Source: Amoebophrya sp. A120 (taxonomy: Eukaryota > Protista > Dinoflagellata). Taken from it: a stretch of 64,000 nucleotides of DNA. Below are positions 1 through 11,485 of this stretch, one piece after another (the stretch's first letter is position 1; each line of letters opens with the position of its first letter). The notes under the pieces were generated by a model, which worked only from the letters and a program-made list of their open reading frames with translations, did not search any database and was not told the origin of the DNA. The stretch spans positions 2,437,331 to 2,501,330 of the forward strand of contig CAJINV010000011.1 in assembly GCA_905178155.1 (NCBI GenBank), given 5' to 3'. Both the position numbers and the translations under genes were made by a program.

Positions 1-3000
1 AGCGTTTTAGTACCAGTTCCTATGAAAATTCCGACTGCAGCTGCAGCAGAACATGTAGTTACCGGTCAAGCGCAACGAACAGGACAGCGCGGGGACGGGA
101 TGTGCAAGAACGTGGAGATCGTGCATGATGAACTACTATGCATTGCAAATATGTCTGGGTCTGGAAGATTGTAACTTGTAATGCGTATTTCAGAACACAG
201 AAAAGTCTCGCATGCATACGTAGCAAAGGCTCCCACTTTTTGTCTGCAAAATAGGGGCTTGTCATGCGGATTCGGCATTGCGGAAGGTTCTCGAAACCTG
301 TGATGCTAGAGCTTCCATGCCAGACCTTCTGTGTCATGCAAAAACAGCATGGCTCTTCCAGACCCAGACATTTTTGCATTTGATAACTACAACCGTCGCA
401 GGACGTGGTCACCAGGACTGCAGCGACGACCAACCAAAATGCGGAACTTTCCACCGGTCATGACAGCATACTGCTATCTAGCAGACCAGAGCAACAGAAT
501 GTCCTTCGGCAACAGAATGTTTCCTCGGCGACAGTAGATCCGCAGAAACTTATAGTACAACAGCCGGCTCCGGTTGTGGAGCCTGAGCGATCAGACGTGC
601 CAGCGCAAGTGATGTGGATGGGAACTACAACCGGCGCAACTGGTGAAGACGACTGTCCGTATGTTTCCTCCACACCAGTGAACAACAGCAGCACTGCTCC
701 CGATAGCTTCGCCGCTGGTTCTACTTGCACGACCAGGACCAAGAACACCAGCATGTTTGATGACACAGCAACATCAACAACAGGAGCACGAACAACGACC
801 GGAGCTGCTGGTGTTGCGCAGCACGCAGCTGTTAACAAGCAGGACTTACTGTACCGGGACTTCGTCGTGGACCAGTCGCTGCACCTGCGGAAGCACCACC
901 AGAACTACACCGCGTCCCACCTCCTGCACGCGGACGACAACAGCACAACGGCAGACGGCAGCAAGGACGCGTTGTCGGACGACGAGACCTCGGCCATGAC
1001 TTTGGATATGGACCAGAGCAGCCCGCGGACCCGCGCCAGCTTCTACCGGGGGGCGCGCAGCGCCCAGATGGCGCGCGGGGTCGGAGGCGCGTCCAGCACC
1101 AGCAGTCGCACCAGCAGCAGCCGGGGAAACAGCGTCATGTTTCACCGAGCGGATCATACCACCGATCATCGAGCTGTCTTTGCGCCGTCAAGGTATGCAA
1201 GTTTTTAAATACCTGAATATACTATGTATCATTTTATTTCACACTTGTACTTATTCTTACATACGACACCTCTACGATCCGGGATCATCCTCTCTCCACG
1301 CCTCGACCTTGGTCCGCGGGCGACGCAGTTAGAGTTTTAGGATTTAGCATATTTCGGGTTCCTATTTTGATCTTCTAGTGATACACGACCACACAATCAG
1401 ATCTATTTTCGCTCCCAACGGCGCTGCAGCGTTCGCACCGGCGAACTTTGACAAGACCAATTCGACGATGTCCTCTTCCACCCAGCAGGCGTTACTGCTG
1501 TCCAAGCGGCGCCAGCAGCAGGGCAAGAAGAACTACGTGGACAAGCGCAAGTTTGCCTCGCGCATCGAGTCCACCGTCCGCGACAGCCAATTTGCCGAGG
1601 ATTTGGATTCGAGCTCGCTGGACATGCGACGACAAGAGCAGGTGATCAACGACTTCATCCTGGAGAAGACCACGAGCGGAGATGAGGAGGAAAATGTCCT
1701 CTACGCAGCCGAGGATTTGATGGACTGCGAGCGACAAGAACTTTTAGGAGGTGCCCGACAAACAGCGTTAGTTGTACCGGGGTCGACCACCATGATGACC
1801 AACAGCGCGACCACAGGAGCTGCAGGTGGAACAAATGACAGAACCAGCCCGGTGGGAACGAGAACCATATCAAGCGCTGCTCCTGCTCAGTCTTCTCCTG
1901 GCTCCTCCGCGCAGCGACCAGCCGACGCCGCGTTCGACCAGCCGACGGGGCGGCTGTGTCGCGCGGCGACCACCGGCGCAAATAGTAACCACGCGAGTGC
2001 GGGAGGCGAGGGCGTCCGACTGCTCTCCTCCGTGGAGGACCGACTGCGAGGCGGGTTGCAATCCCGCGACGCGGCGAACCTGGACCACATTCGCGCGAAC
2101 CTGTGCACGCCCCGAGTGCTGGCCGCCATGGCCAAGCGCGACGAAGTACGGGAGCATCTGTACACGCAGCAGCAAATGAAAAATCTGGTGGCAGCTTCTT
2201 CTAGTAGTTGTACAACATCGTCAAGCAAAGCAGAAAACAGTACACTGCACAACACCTCCGAGGACTTGCTCTTTTCTTCCGCTGCATCCAATGTTCATCA
2301 TGCCGAAGCGATGGACGATGATCTCTTTGACGAGGACAAGAGCTTCAAGACCGCAGACAACCGCAGTAGCACGCCGCCGTCCTGTGTGGGCAGTAGTGGA
2401 GGTAATATGAGCACCCGGAAGTTACTATTTTCCTCCGCGACGTCTCTGAAGAGCAATTCCGCTTCGAAACCCCCCGGGGGCCGTGCAACGACTTTCAGCT
2501 GCGGGACAACCACCGCCTCGACCGCCTCCGGCCGCGCTTCGAGCAGCAGCTGTTCCACCGCCTCCGAAGTGCGCTCGGTAGACAACGACAGCACCAGCGG
2601 AGGCGTATTAAGGCATCAGCATACTATGCCGCACAACCTCTTCGGCGGTTCATCTCGCGAGCACCACGATCATATGACTGTACTTGCACAACACCAACAT
2701 CACCGGACGTCGAACCTGTTTAACAACAGCGGTGCTTTCGGTAGTGGAACATGTGGTGCAACTACTTCCGGGTCGTCGTCTTTTATCCACGACGAGCAAT
2801 TTGACAGTGGCGTGCAGTATAGCAAGAGCTGGAGCAGCGGCACCAAGACGCAGCAACTACGAAATGCAGGAGGCGATTACGCCCTGCACCCGGTCTCGGA
2901 GACGTCTTCCGAAGGCGGGGGCGGGGGGATGGGCTGCAGTCTCCGACGCACGATCAGCAGCACGGTGTCGGAAGCCCGCAGGAGCGGCAGCGGTCATTGG

Positions 3001-3423
3001 CAACAAGCAGACTTGTGGAGCGGTGCGGGAGCGGGTGCTGGACCACAGGCGGGTGGCAGAACGAAGAAGCCGGACTCCTGCACGTCCACAGTGTTCGGCA
3101 ACACCGAACAAGACTTGCAACCAAGTTCCGCTTGTTCCTACACGACAATGAAAACCGGTCTGAAGAGCAGCGAGGACCACTGCTACCCAGAAGTAGAGTG
3201 GGAGACTTCTCTCGTCCGATCTTCGGTGCACAGTGGCGGCAGTTGTTCCTCCGGCGAAACCTTTCTCTTCGGCGAGGAATGTGGTACAGACCATCTGCCA
3301 AGATCAACATCAGCGGGCCAAGCGACGTATGGCACTAGAGACGCGCAAGAAGTAGATCATCAACTGCCTCATGAAACTTTTCTATGGGAGAAACCAGATC
3401 CTAGTATCGCTTTGTCAAGATAA
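1..3423 (+). CDS. 5'-truncated, low-complexity Ser/Thr/Gly-rich protein of unknown function (exons <1-136, 391-1192, 1401-3423)
   Basis: Frame 1 is open from base 1. Removing the introner joins it to ORF 405-1208 (DEL|QPSQDVVTR). GT-AG intron 1193-1400 joins ORF 1378-3423 in phase. Confidence 0.75.
137..385 (+). mobile_element. Introner family A (subfamily A1), non-canonical intron
   Basis: TIR tatgcattgcaaatatgtctgggtctggaag / cttccagacccagacatttttgcatttgata; 5-bp DR actac on both sides; excision restores frame. Confidence 0.93.
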
Positions 3424-6400
3424 GATGCGGTTCGAATTGTATACTATTCCGAACGTAGTCTAGAAGTATCGAGAGGAATACGACTAACCGCATTTTGCTG
3501 GCGCAGTTGTAGCAACATCCGTATCTGCTCAAAAATCCCAGAACCACTAAGTCTACAGTGAGTTGATGAGCCTCTTCTTTTGCGCGCCTGCATAAAGGAA
3601 GGATTTCCAGCACGGGAGGCAATTTTGACAAGGTAACTATGCGAATTTGAAGCATTATTTGGATTTGCATTACTACTTGCGGATCATGATTGATCCACTT
3701 TGACTTTTCGTTCGATGGAAACTGAGGCCTCACCGTCCTTTTACTTCGGGGTTATCATCGCGCGCGCACTGAAAATGAACCTGTGATAGGTACAACGAAT
3801 GGAAATGAAAGGAACTTTGTTTTATGCAAGCAGAAGCTTTTTCGCTTTTCATGCCTAGAAAGCGCTAGAAAGAAGCTCGACTTCGAGACATACACGACGC
3901 ATGAGAAGTTGCAGTTGTACGATTTCATGTTGTAGAATATGTCTATATGCCTCAGCAGCAAGGAATCAAACTCAAAGTGAAGGAAAATGAAGCATCGGAA
4001 AAAGATACGTAGGCTGCGTCTGCCGCAGTGCCTATTTATTTGCATGGCTCTGTTCTACTTGTCCGGGCAGTTACGTTAGAGCCAAGCGTGCTTCTTCAAG
4101 CAAACAACTGACTACTTACGTTCGTGCCCACTTGACCGGGAGGTTTTGTAAATGAACTTGAAAGTTTTGGTAGCATCAGACCCATGTTCCCATGTTAGAA
4201 CAACAATGGGAACAAAGACAAACGATGTAAAGAAACATTTCTTCTCCAGGTAACCCCGTCGTCGTTTCCGTCGCACAATGTTGTCGCGCCGCGTGTTGCT
4301 GTTTGACGGATGTTGCTTCATGTGGTGCTCGTCGTCGTCGTATGGAATGGTTTAGTACCTGCTTTCTTGCTTCTTTTGTTTCCGCTTGTTCTTGATACGC
4401 GTTTCTACTAAATCGAAACTAATCAGAAGAATCTTGAAGATACGAAACTAAACGCGAGAAAAGTCACAAAGGTCAAAAAATATGAGATAAGACACAACAG
4501 TAGAAGTTCAAGTTCTTGATCTGGAAATAAATCGGTTTATTTCACATCTGCCGTACTTTCGCTGGGGCTGGGCTGCTCGGTGCTTCCTTCCTCCTCCGAA
4601 TGCAGGATATCATTATTCGATTGTAGTATAATTGTTTGGAAGAAAATTATCACATTAGAAGTTTACAATTTTCGTATGAAATTTATACAATACTTTTTCG
4701 AGTTCTTGTTTTCTGCCTTCTCTATTGCCGGTTCGGCTTCTTGATGCAATCAGTCGTTGTGTTGACAAAACGACATACAGGTGGGAACTTTAGGAATAAG
4801 AATAACTACTCTCTAGCATCGACTTTGTTTTTCATCGCCCAAAAAACCTGGGGAACGTTTCACATTGTTTTTTTCAGCCTTCGGTGCGACTATTGTCTAC
4901 TTTAGGGTCTAGTTGCAATTGGTTTTACTATCTGTATCTGTTGCGTAATACTGTCAACCTGTAGCTATGTATCTTACGTACTTCTTTTCTTTTCAGCATC
5001 GAACTCAGTTGTCCTATTTACTGAAGATAAATAATTGTCGACAAAATAGATATTATGCGAATAGTGATGATTCATTTTTAGCGTAAACCGTAAACCCTTT
5101 TTCGAGTCGGCCTCGGAGTACTAGCATGATCGAAAGTAGGAGGTCAAATATTTATCGCTAATTCTACCATTTTCAAAAAAAAAATCTACTACTTCATCGC
5201 AAAAAAATTGCCTTATGCTCTTCTTGCCAGATGACTTTTAGCAGTATTTGGAGGTAAATTATTCTGAAGTTTTATGCGTTTCGTCACAACTTTTCTATAA
5301 AGTATTTTTCCTTTTCCTCGCTAATTCTGCATCGATGATCTGAAATCGGATCTATCTACTAGTGATTTTCTTTTTTTTAGAAAGTGAAATTTCGTTGTTG
5401 TGGTGTTGGTTCTTGAAAGTGCTTCTATTTATTCTGCAGATCTTATTTCGTCCCCTCTTTGACCTCGTGCCGCTTGCTGACTGTAATTTGCGTTTTTCAA
5501 TTTCGTTTCAAGCTGGTGCACGGGGTGCTGTTGTCCTAGCTTATGCCTAGGCGAGACCGCGTGCCGTGCTTGTTCAGGAACGAAAGCTAGAAACTCGGCT
5601 TATTGATCTTCAGTGTTTTTACGATAAGATTCGGCTTCTTTGTCTCTGCTTCTACTTTTTTCACTGTATTGTCTTTCTTCCAATTATGCTGACTATTTCA
5701 CACACAAATTATCGCTGCAAGTGACAACTATCTGATAGGGCACACTTGATAGTGGGCTTTATCTCTGACGTTGCGCGCGATGAAGGAGTAGGTACTTAAT
5801 ATCCGTTGCGAAGATGGTCTGGTACATACTGCAGGTTCATAAATGTCATTTCTGCTTCTTCAGGATAAGCTGAAACCACGCTAGTCCTCGTTTTCTCAAT
5901 GCGGCTACGCGCAGCCTCTGTAGAAGGGCGGGAGACAGATATGATGCAAGTTTCTCTTCTTGCAAAGGTAACGGACCACCAGCGAAACTAACAGGTGGTG
6001 TTATTGACAGCAGATGATAGACGATCCAGGCACTACTTACTTTAGAACGACAGCTATGTGCCGAGCCATATGTCGTTCGCACCTTCAGCATGAACTCAAG
6101 CAGCAGATGAAGAAAAGCCAGAACGTGTCGTCGCCACCAATTACCTGCTTCTGCCTTATAACTCGAGAACTTCACCACACTTCAAGGAGCCGATGTCTAT
6201 TACGCGTACGATCGCCAAATCGAATACACACTTTCGTACAAAATGAATCCTGAAAAATATGCGCGAACTTCTTGCAAACATCATTTTCAGAGACAAAAGC
6301 CTCGGTCTACGAGCCGAGGTCTTTTGGCTCTTTTACTGTTTCAACCTACGGACAATAATGCTTTTGTTTTAGAAAGTTAGAACTGCGAGCTCGATTGACT

Positions 6401-6932
6401 ATCTACTCAAAATAAAAAGGTGCTTAAAGTTGTTCCCGTGGTGGATTCTTGATTGTTTGGACATCGAAGTCCATGTAGCAGGTTTTGTTCGATAAAGCAA
6501 GTTTTTCGCCCTGTGGGTGGCCCACAAAAAAGTCGTGGCGAAGTCGTGTCGCCAGCCCTGCGTTTTGTTGAGATCGACAGCTGCGGAGAGACACTTCTTG
6601 TCAATCCGAGTGGAGCGCGGACTTACTTTGCTACCATCGTAGTATGCATCAGGGAGAGAAGATGATATTGACAACAACTTGTCTGCGCGCTTGATGAGAG
6701 TAACAAGCATGCGACCGCTCCGAGCACCAGAACACAGAAGCAATTAGAGCTGTGTCGACATTAGGCAAATCTGAGCGAATACTTACTATACTTTCACATT
6801 TTCTGTTTCGGAAGAATGAAATAAATGAGCAATTTATTATGGAAGAACTTTTGATGCGTATGCAAACCGAGCCTCTGCTTAGCAAAAGTAAAAGAGCGAG
6901 TACACGAACACGACCGAACACAAACGAAAACT

Positions 6933-7331
6933 ATGCGACTCGAGGAGTTCACGCAGCAGCTGCTACTCCCCCGGCAACTTCAGCAGCAGGTCGTGTACAA
7001 TGACAATATGATGCGCGGGGCGAAGTATTTGAACGAGCTTGCCTCGAAAGCCGACTCTTCCCTCAACATGCTCCGCATCTACACGGGAAAAGCAAAAACG
7101 CAGGCGGAGGCGGCCTACAAAAATCCCATGGTGAGTACGGACTTGGAAACCCTGCAATGCAACGATGAGGTGATGGAGAAAAGCTACGAGGACGCGGAAC
7201 AGGCCATGCGGGCCATCCAGATTCGCAGAATAGCACGGGAAAACGCGGACACGGCGTACGAGGAACAGAAGGCGGTGAAAAAAGCAGCGAATGAGGGAAA
7301 AAGTGTCAAAGACCGACTACTTCGTCGATAG
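6933..7331 (+). CDS. Coiled-coil protein of unknown function, paralog 1 of a local family (5' end uncertain)
   Basis: GC3-rich codon usage; aligns by eye with 7782-8183 (LRIYTGKAKTQAE..NPMV..LQCNDEVMEK vs VRHYADKSKLHAE..HPVV..LSCGDSTIEK). Confidence 0.55.
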   Translation: MRLEEFTQQLLLPRQLQQQVVYNDNMMRGAKYLNELASKADSSLNMLRIYTGKAKTQAEAAYKNPMVSTDLETLQCNDEVMEKSYEDAEQAMRAIQIRRIARENADTAYEEQKAVKKAANEGKSVKDRLLRR

Positions 7332-7781
7332 CAGATACGATGATATAACTAAGTACTACATTTCGCAAAGGAAGGTAGAGTCACGGGAACCACAGCAAGT
7401 CAGAATGATTCGATCAACAAGGCGAAAAAATCGGTGGTCGCAGGAGCGTACCATCAACCGAAGAAATGAAGCCGTGCGTTCGACGTTTTCGTGATGTGTG
7501 GGGCATTTAAGGATCGTACCGTAATTGAATCCTCGTAGGCTTTGTCATCTACTCCTCGCAGACATTCTGAGAATTGCAGCGAATCGACGAACATCGACAG
7601 CGTTGCTGTGGAGTTTATTGTGACGAGGAAGTTCGCTCGTGTATCCACCCTGCTCAATCGTTTATGTTTTCGGAGTCCTGTTGCTTCGATTCGACTTCGA
7701 TGATCTTCGACATCTTCTTCGCACTACTTAAATTAAGCACCCACGCCAGCACAGGAAAGCAGTAGCAGACCAAAGAGGACC

Positions 7782-8183
7782 ATGACGTCTGGGTCTGCAT
7801 TTCTACTGTCAGCCGATCACCTGATATCGCAATTACAACAAATTTGTCTGCCAACATCATCCACTGGTGGTTTTTCCTCTACTCGTCCGACAACATCGAA
7901 AGTTTTCACGACTTCTTTCGCGTCCGCATCACCTACGACAGAATTATCGGACGATTCTCCGCTTCTGGAAAAGCAACTAGAGACTGCGGCGGCCTACCAG
8001 AGCAGCGCGGCGGCGGGGATCGTGAAGTTGCAAAATCAGGTGTCGCAATTGGTGCAAGACCTGCAGCGGGTGCGGCACTACGCGGACAAAAGCAAACTCC
8101 ACGCGGAATTTTTGGAGACCCACCCGGTAGTACGGGAGCCCTTCCTGAGCTGCGGAGACTCGACAATCGAGAAAGCGGCTTGA
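7782..8183 (+). CDS. Coiled-coil protein paralog 2, ending at the first bases of an inserted repeat (possibly disrupted)
   Basis: Stop TGA 8181-8183 is the first 3 nt of the repeat shared with 29978; similar to 6933-7331, which continues further. Confidence 0.5.
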   Translation: MTSGSAFLLSADHLISQLQQICLPTSSTGGFSSTRPTTSKVFTTSFASASPTTELSDDSPLLEKQLETAAAYQSSAAAGIVKLQNQVSQLVQDLQRVRHYADKSKLHAEFLETHPVVREPFLSCGDSTIEKAA

Positions 8184-9351
8184 TCTGGTAACCAAAGCGT
8201 GCGCAAGCGCTCGCAAGAGCGCTTTGCGCGCGGGCTTGCCCGCGCGCAAAGCGCTCTTTGCGAGATGCTCATCCATCGCAAACGCAGCGCGAAGGCTTTG
8301 CCGTTGCCATATGGGAGGGACTCGGGGGTATGCAATCACTGGAAAAATCGGGCATTACCAAGCGTGTTTTGCCTTCAGAAAGCGGATCGGGCAGAATTGG
8401 TGGGAATTTTCCGGAAAGCAGCCAAAACAGCAATTACTAAGTGGGAAAAGGGTAAAAAAGAGCATTTTTGCAGCTCCGCCCGGTCTGAATCTGAAAAAAG
8501 ATTGTGGCACTTTCGGCAAGGGCCGGTGGTGTGATGCGTTTTATAGCGGAAAATGCGTCACCTCCGGGCAGCTCCAGCCGCTTGAAAATTGAAAAAAAGC
8601 GTTGAAAAAATGCAATTTTTCGCAGCATGCAAGCGGCCGACAAAATTTACCGATTTTGTCCAGTCCCCGGAAGCCGCTTGAAAATTGAAAATGACAATTT
8701 TTGCTGAAAAAGCAAAAGCCGCTTGGAAATTGCCGCTCCAAGACGGCTTTTCAAATTGTCACACGGCCCACACCGTCGAGATTGGACGAAAAAAAACAGC
8801 TATCAAGCCTGCGGAGGTGTGTCACACGGGCACGGTTTTCATCCTCTCTGAGGGTCGCGAAATGAGATCTCCTCCCGCTTGGAAATGCCCGATCTGGGTG
8901 GCCCAAAAGGGCAGCAGGAAATGAAGAAAATTGCATCACTTTTTGAAATTTGTGTATTTTACCTGGCCAGCGTGCCCCCGTGCGTAACGTTATGTGGGGC
9001 GGTATAGTGGCCTCCAGAACAGACTCGTTTTTTTGAAGAGGCATCGAAAGGATGTCCCGCTGCGAAGTAGCCGGATTTCGCCTTCAATGCTTATCGCAGG
9101 AGCCTGCGGGCCGCCGCGGGCGACAGTAGTTGTCCGCGGCCCTTTAGGGCCGCGGGGAAGTGGTGGAGCCCGCGGCGGCCCGCAGGCTCCTGCGATAAGC
9201 TTTGAATAGAAATCCGGAAGCCCCCGATGACCCGAACAGGTCAGGGCCAGGGGTCAGCTTGAACAAGGCTGGCGGGCCTTCGCGCTGGCTAGATCGATGT
9301 TCGCGCACGCTTTTGGTTACCAATATCGCCCTCCGGGCGCGACCTTAATAG
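8181..9351 (+). mobile_element. Non-autonomous Helitron2/Helentron-like element, family H1 copy 1
   Basis: About 810 bp of 5' sequence and about 48 bp of 3' end shared with 29978-31029; asymmetric IR tggtaaccaaagcgtgcgc (8186-8204) / gcgcacgcttttggttacca (9303-9322); 3' hairpin cgccc-tcc-gggcg (9327-9339); no target-site duplication (TSD). Confidence 0.7.
9071..9217. repeat. About 147-bp GC-rich fold-back palindrome inside H1 copy 1
   Basis: gcttatcgcaggagcctgcgggccgccgcgggc pairs perfectly with gcccgcggcggcccgcaggctcctgcgataagc; inner stem ccgcggccct-tt-agggccgcgg. Confidence 0.9.
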
Positions 9352-9366
9352 ATTGGTATTAGAAAG

Positions 9367-10546
9367 ATGGCCGCCCGGGTAGTTTTATTTGATGATGTTC
9401 TTCAACATCCTGGGACGATGCTTTCTTCCTTCTTTTCCACTGGAAATGTGGACGGTGACGAGACCAACAGCCACGCAGCTGCGACCTCCTGGCGGTTCTT
9501 CCATGATAGGGAACGCGCGGATGCATGTCCTTCGGTCGCTGCAACCAGAACTTCTTTTTCCAGTAAACTAACACATCTGGAAGGGCCCCCGGGGAAGATT
9601 ACATCGCGAGGCAGCCACCCAGGAAGAAATTGCAGTTTTTTCCACGACTCCCACTCGAATTTGCACCTGCAGAGCCAAGAAGATTTTCTCGAAACCGAAA
9701 ACCAAGAATCTCACAACATGAACAGCTCCCGTCCAGTCTGGAAAAACTCGAGAAACAGGATCAACAAATACTCAGCTGCGACCAACACATCCACCCCCAC
9801 GTCTTTCCTTTTCGGCGCGATTAAATCCGGAGCGGCCGCCATCGCGGGGAAAATTCCAAACCCGATGGACTACACGATCGGAAAAAAATATGGGAGTGTC
9901 AGAATCGAAATTGACAAAATTGAAAAATTTGTGATGCACAAAATCAATGTCAGTCGGAGCCTCAGTTTTCAAGTGGTGCGCGACAAATTTCTGGAGCACC
10001 GAAATCCAGTCTGTCATGCTGTTTGGGGAAAGAAGGCTGGGCTGCTCCTGTCATGCTACTCTGGCAGCACATTGCATACCCCTAAACAGGCTTACAATCG
10101 CCCTCATATGCCTGCTCACCAATACAGGCCTTCAGTGCTCTACATTTTATGCATCACAAGTTTTTCGATTTTGTCGATTTCGATCCCGACACATCCATAA
10201 AAAACGTAAACGCGACCTGATGTGCGACTGCCAGGAGGCGATCAAGCAGCACGACGAAGAGGCGAAGATGCACGAGAACCCGCGGGACGAGCCGCTGCCG
10301 CGAACGGAGGCGCAGGTCGCGGCCAATGCGCGGAAAGATCTGGAGGAACAACTGGAAACGGAGGTGATTTTCACCACCCACGCGAAACGGTACGCGGACG
10401 CCCTGCAGCAACAATTGCAAGAAATCCTCACAACCGCGCAGCAAGTACACAGCGACGCGCAGCGGAGTCTGGAGCAGAGCGCGGCGGCGTTAGCGAACGC
10501 GCAGGAGTATCGGAGAGTGAATGGGGTCGGCGTGGAAAAGGAATGA
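9367..10546 (+). CDS. Protein of unknown function with C-terminal coiled coil (exons 9367-9888, 10205-10546; start uncertain)
   Basis: Removing introner D joins ORF 9367 to the frame of ORF 9947 (YTIGKK|RKRDLMCDCQEAIK); LEEQLET resembles LEKQLET in 7782-8183. Confidence 0.7.
9889..10199. mobile_element. Introner family D (311 bp)
   Basis: About 55-bp imperfect TIR tatgggagtgtcagaatcgaaattgacaaaattgaaaaatttgtgatgca / tgcatcacaagtttttcgattttgtcgatttcgatcccgacacatccata; DR aaaaa; frame restored. Confidence 0.88.
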
Positions 10547-11485
10547 AGGAAGTGAGTTTTTGAGGCGTGTATGGTGTCATGCTCAATGAATTGCGATGAT
10601 TTATTTCTTTGTTCGTTGCTCCGGGGAACAAACAAGGGAAAGAAGCCGCTGCGGACAGGCACATTTGCACGAATCCTGCTGCAGCAACAGCTTTCTTTAT
10701 TTTACTTACTTTAGTCCACAAGTACAAGTAGGAGATGCGGCTGGGGCTGTGCACCACAGCACGTTCTTCAGTGCGAAAACGTAAAGAGGTTCTGTTTCAT
10801 CCTGTTAAAGAAATGCAAGGCAAATTATTTTCGGCACACGCACTGGGCGTAGGCTTTCAACCGTTGTTTGAGCTTTTTTCAGGCCAGCGCAAAATTCTAC
10901 ACCGGTTGTTGCTGCGAACTGTCGTCGAAGAAGCGTGCTGCAATTCTTTTTTTTTTTTGGCCAAGTCGGTAGTCGCTCTGAATCAATTCATAATTGCCAA
11001 GAGGCGGAACAAGAGCTTCGCTTGTTGACAAATTTCGTATCAATCTAGCGAGTTTCAGAGTATGAGTCCATCTGTGCGTGTCCCTGATCTCGAAAGAAAT
11101 GCTAGACGTACGTCGTTTGTTTCTCGAATAAACCAGTTGAGCGAAGCACGAGGAGTAGAAGTAGGAGATGAGAGGGGTCACTTGAAAACGCACAAAAGTC
11201 GCGAGTGTTTCGTATGTTCACATTGAGTTCTTCGCACCTCAACATTTTTTGAAGAAGAAAAATCTAAGGTTCGACGCTTCCTCTGTGTCTGCCAGAACAT
11301 CATCATCAACCAAACCGCAATGAAATAAACACTGCGTAGGGAGGACTACTTTGTGTGCCAAAAGAGGGGATGAATTTTTAACAAGTAAAAAACCTGAGTA
11401 TAAAAAGTATTAAAGTAAAGATAAAGTCAAGTTAAAAAAAAACTTCAAAAAGCGAAACAAACTGATATCCCACTACGACTTCTGT

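Noticed and set aside
137-385. Bulge-helix-bulge-like internal loop at TIR positions 4-7 as a splicing signal
   Set aside because: Several copies (24640, 25343, 37556) have fully matched ends, so the loop is not conserved.
6322-6330. ttttggctc as a relic dinoflagellate spliced leader
   Set aside because: Only a 9-nt match; the flanks do not fit the leader.
8199-8592. Near-identical ORFs at 8199 and 29996 as a transposase or gene
   Set aside because: Short, overlapping in several frames, no catalytic motif; the identity reflects the DNA repeat.
9143-9149. TTTAGGG telomere-like unit
   Set aside because: Single unit at a hairpin centre; no array.
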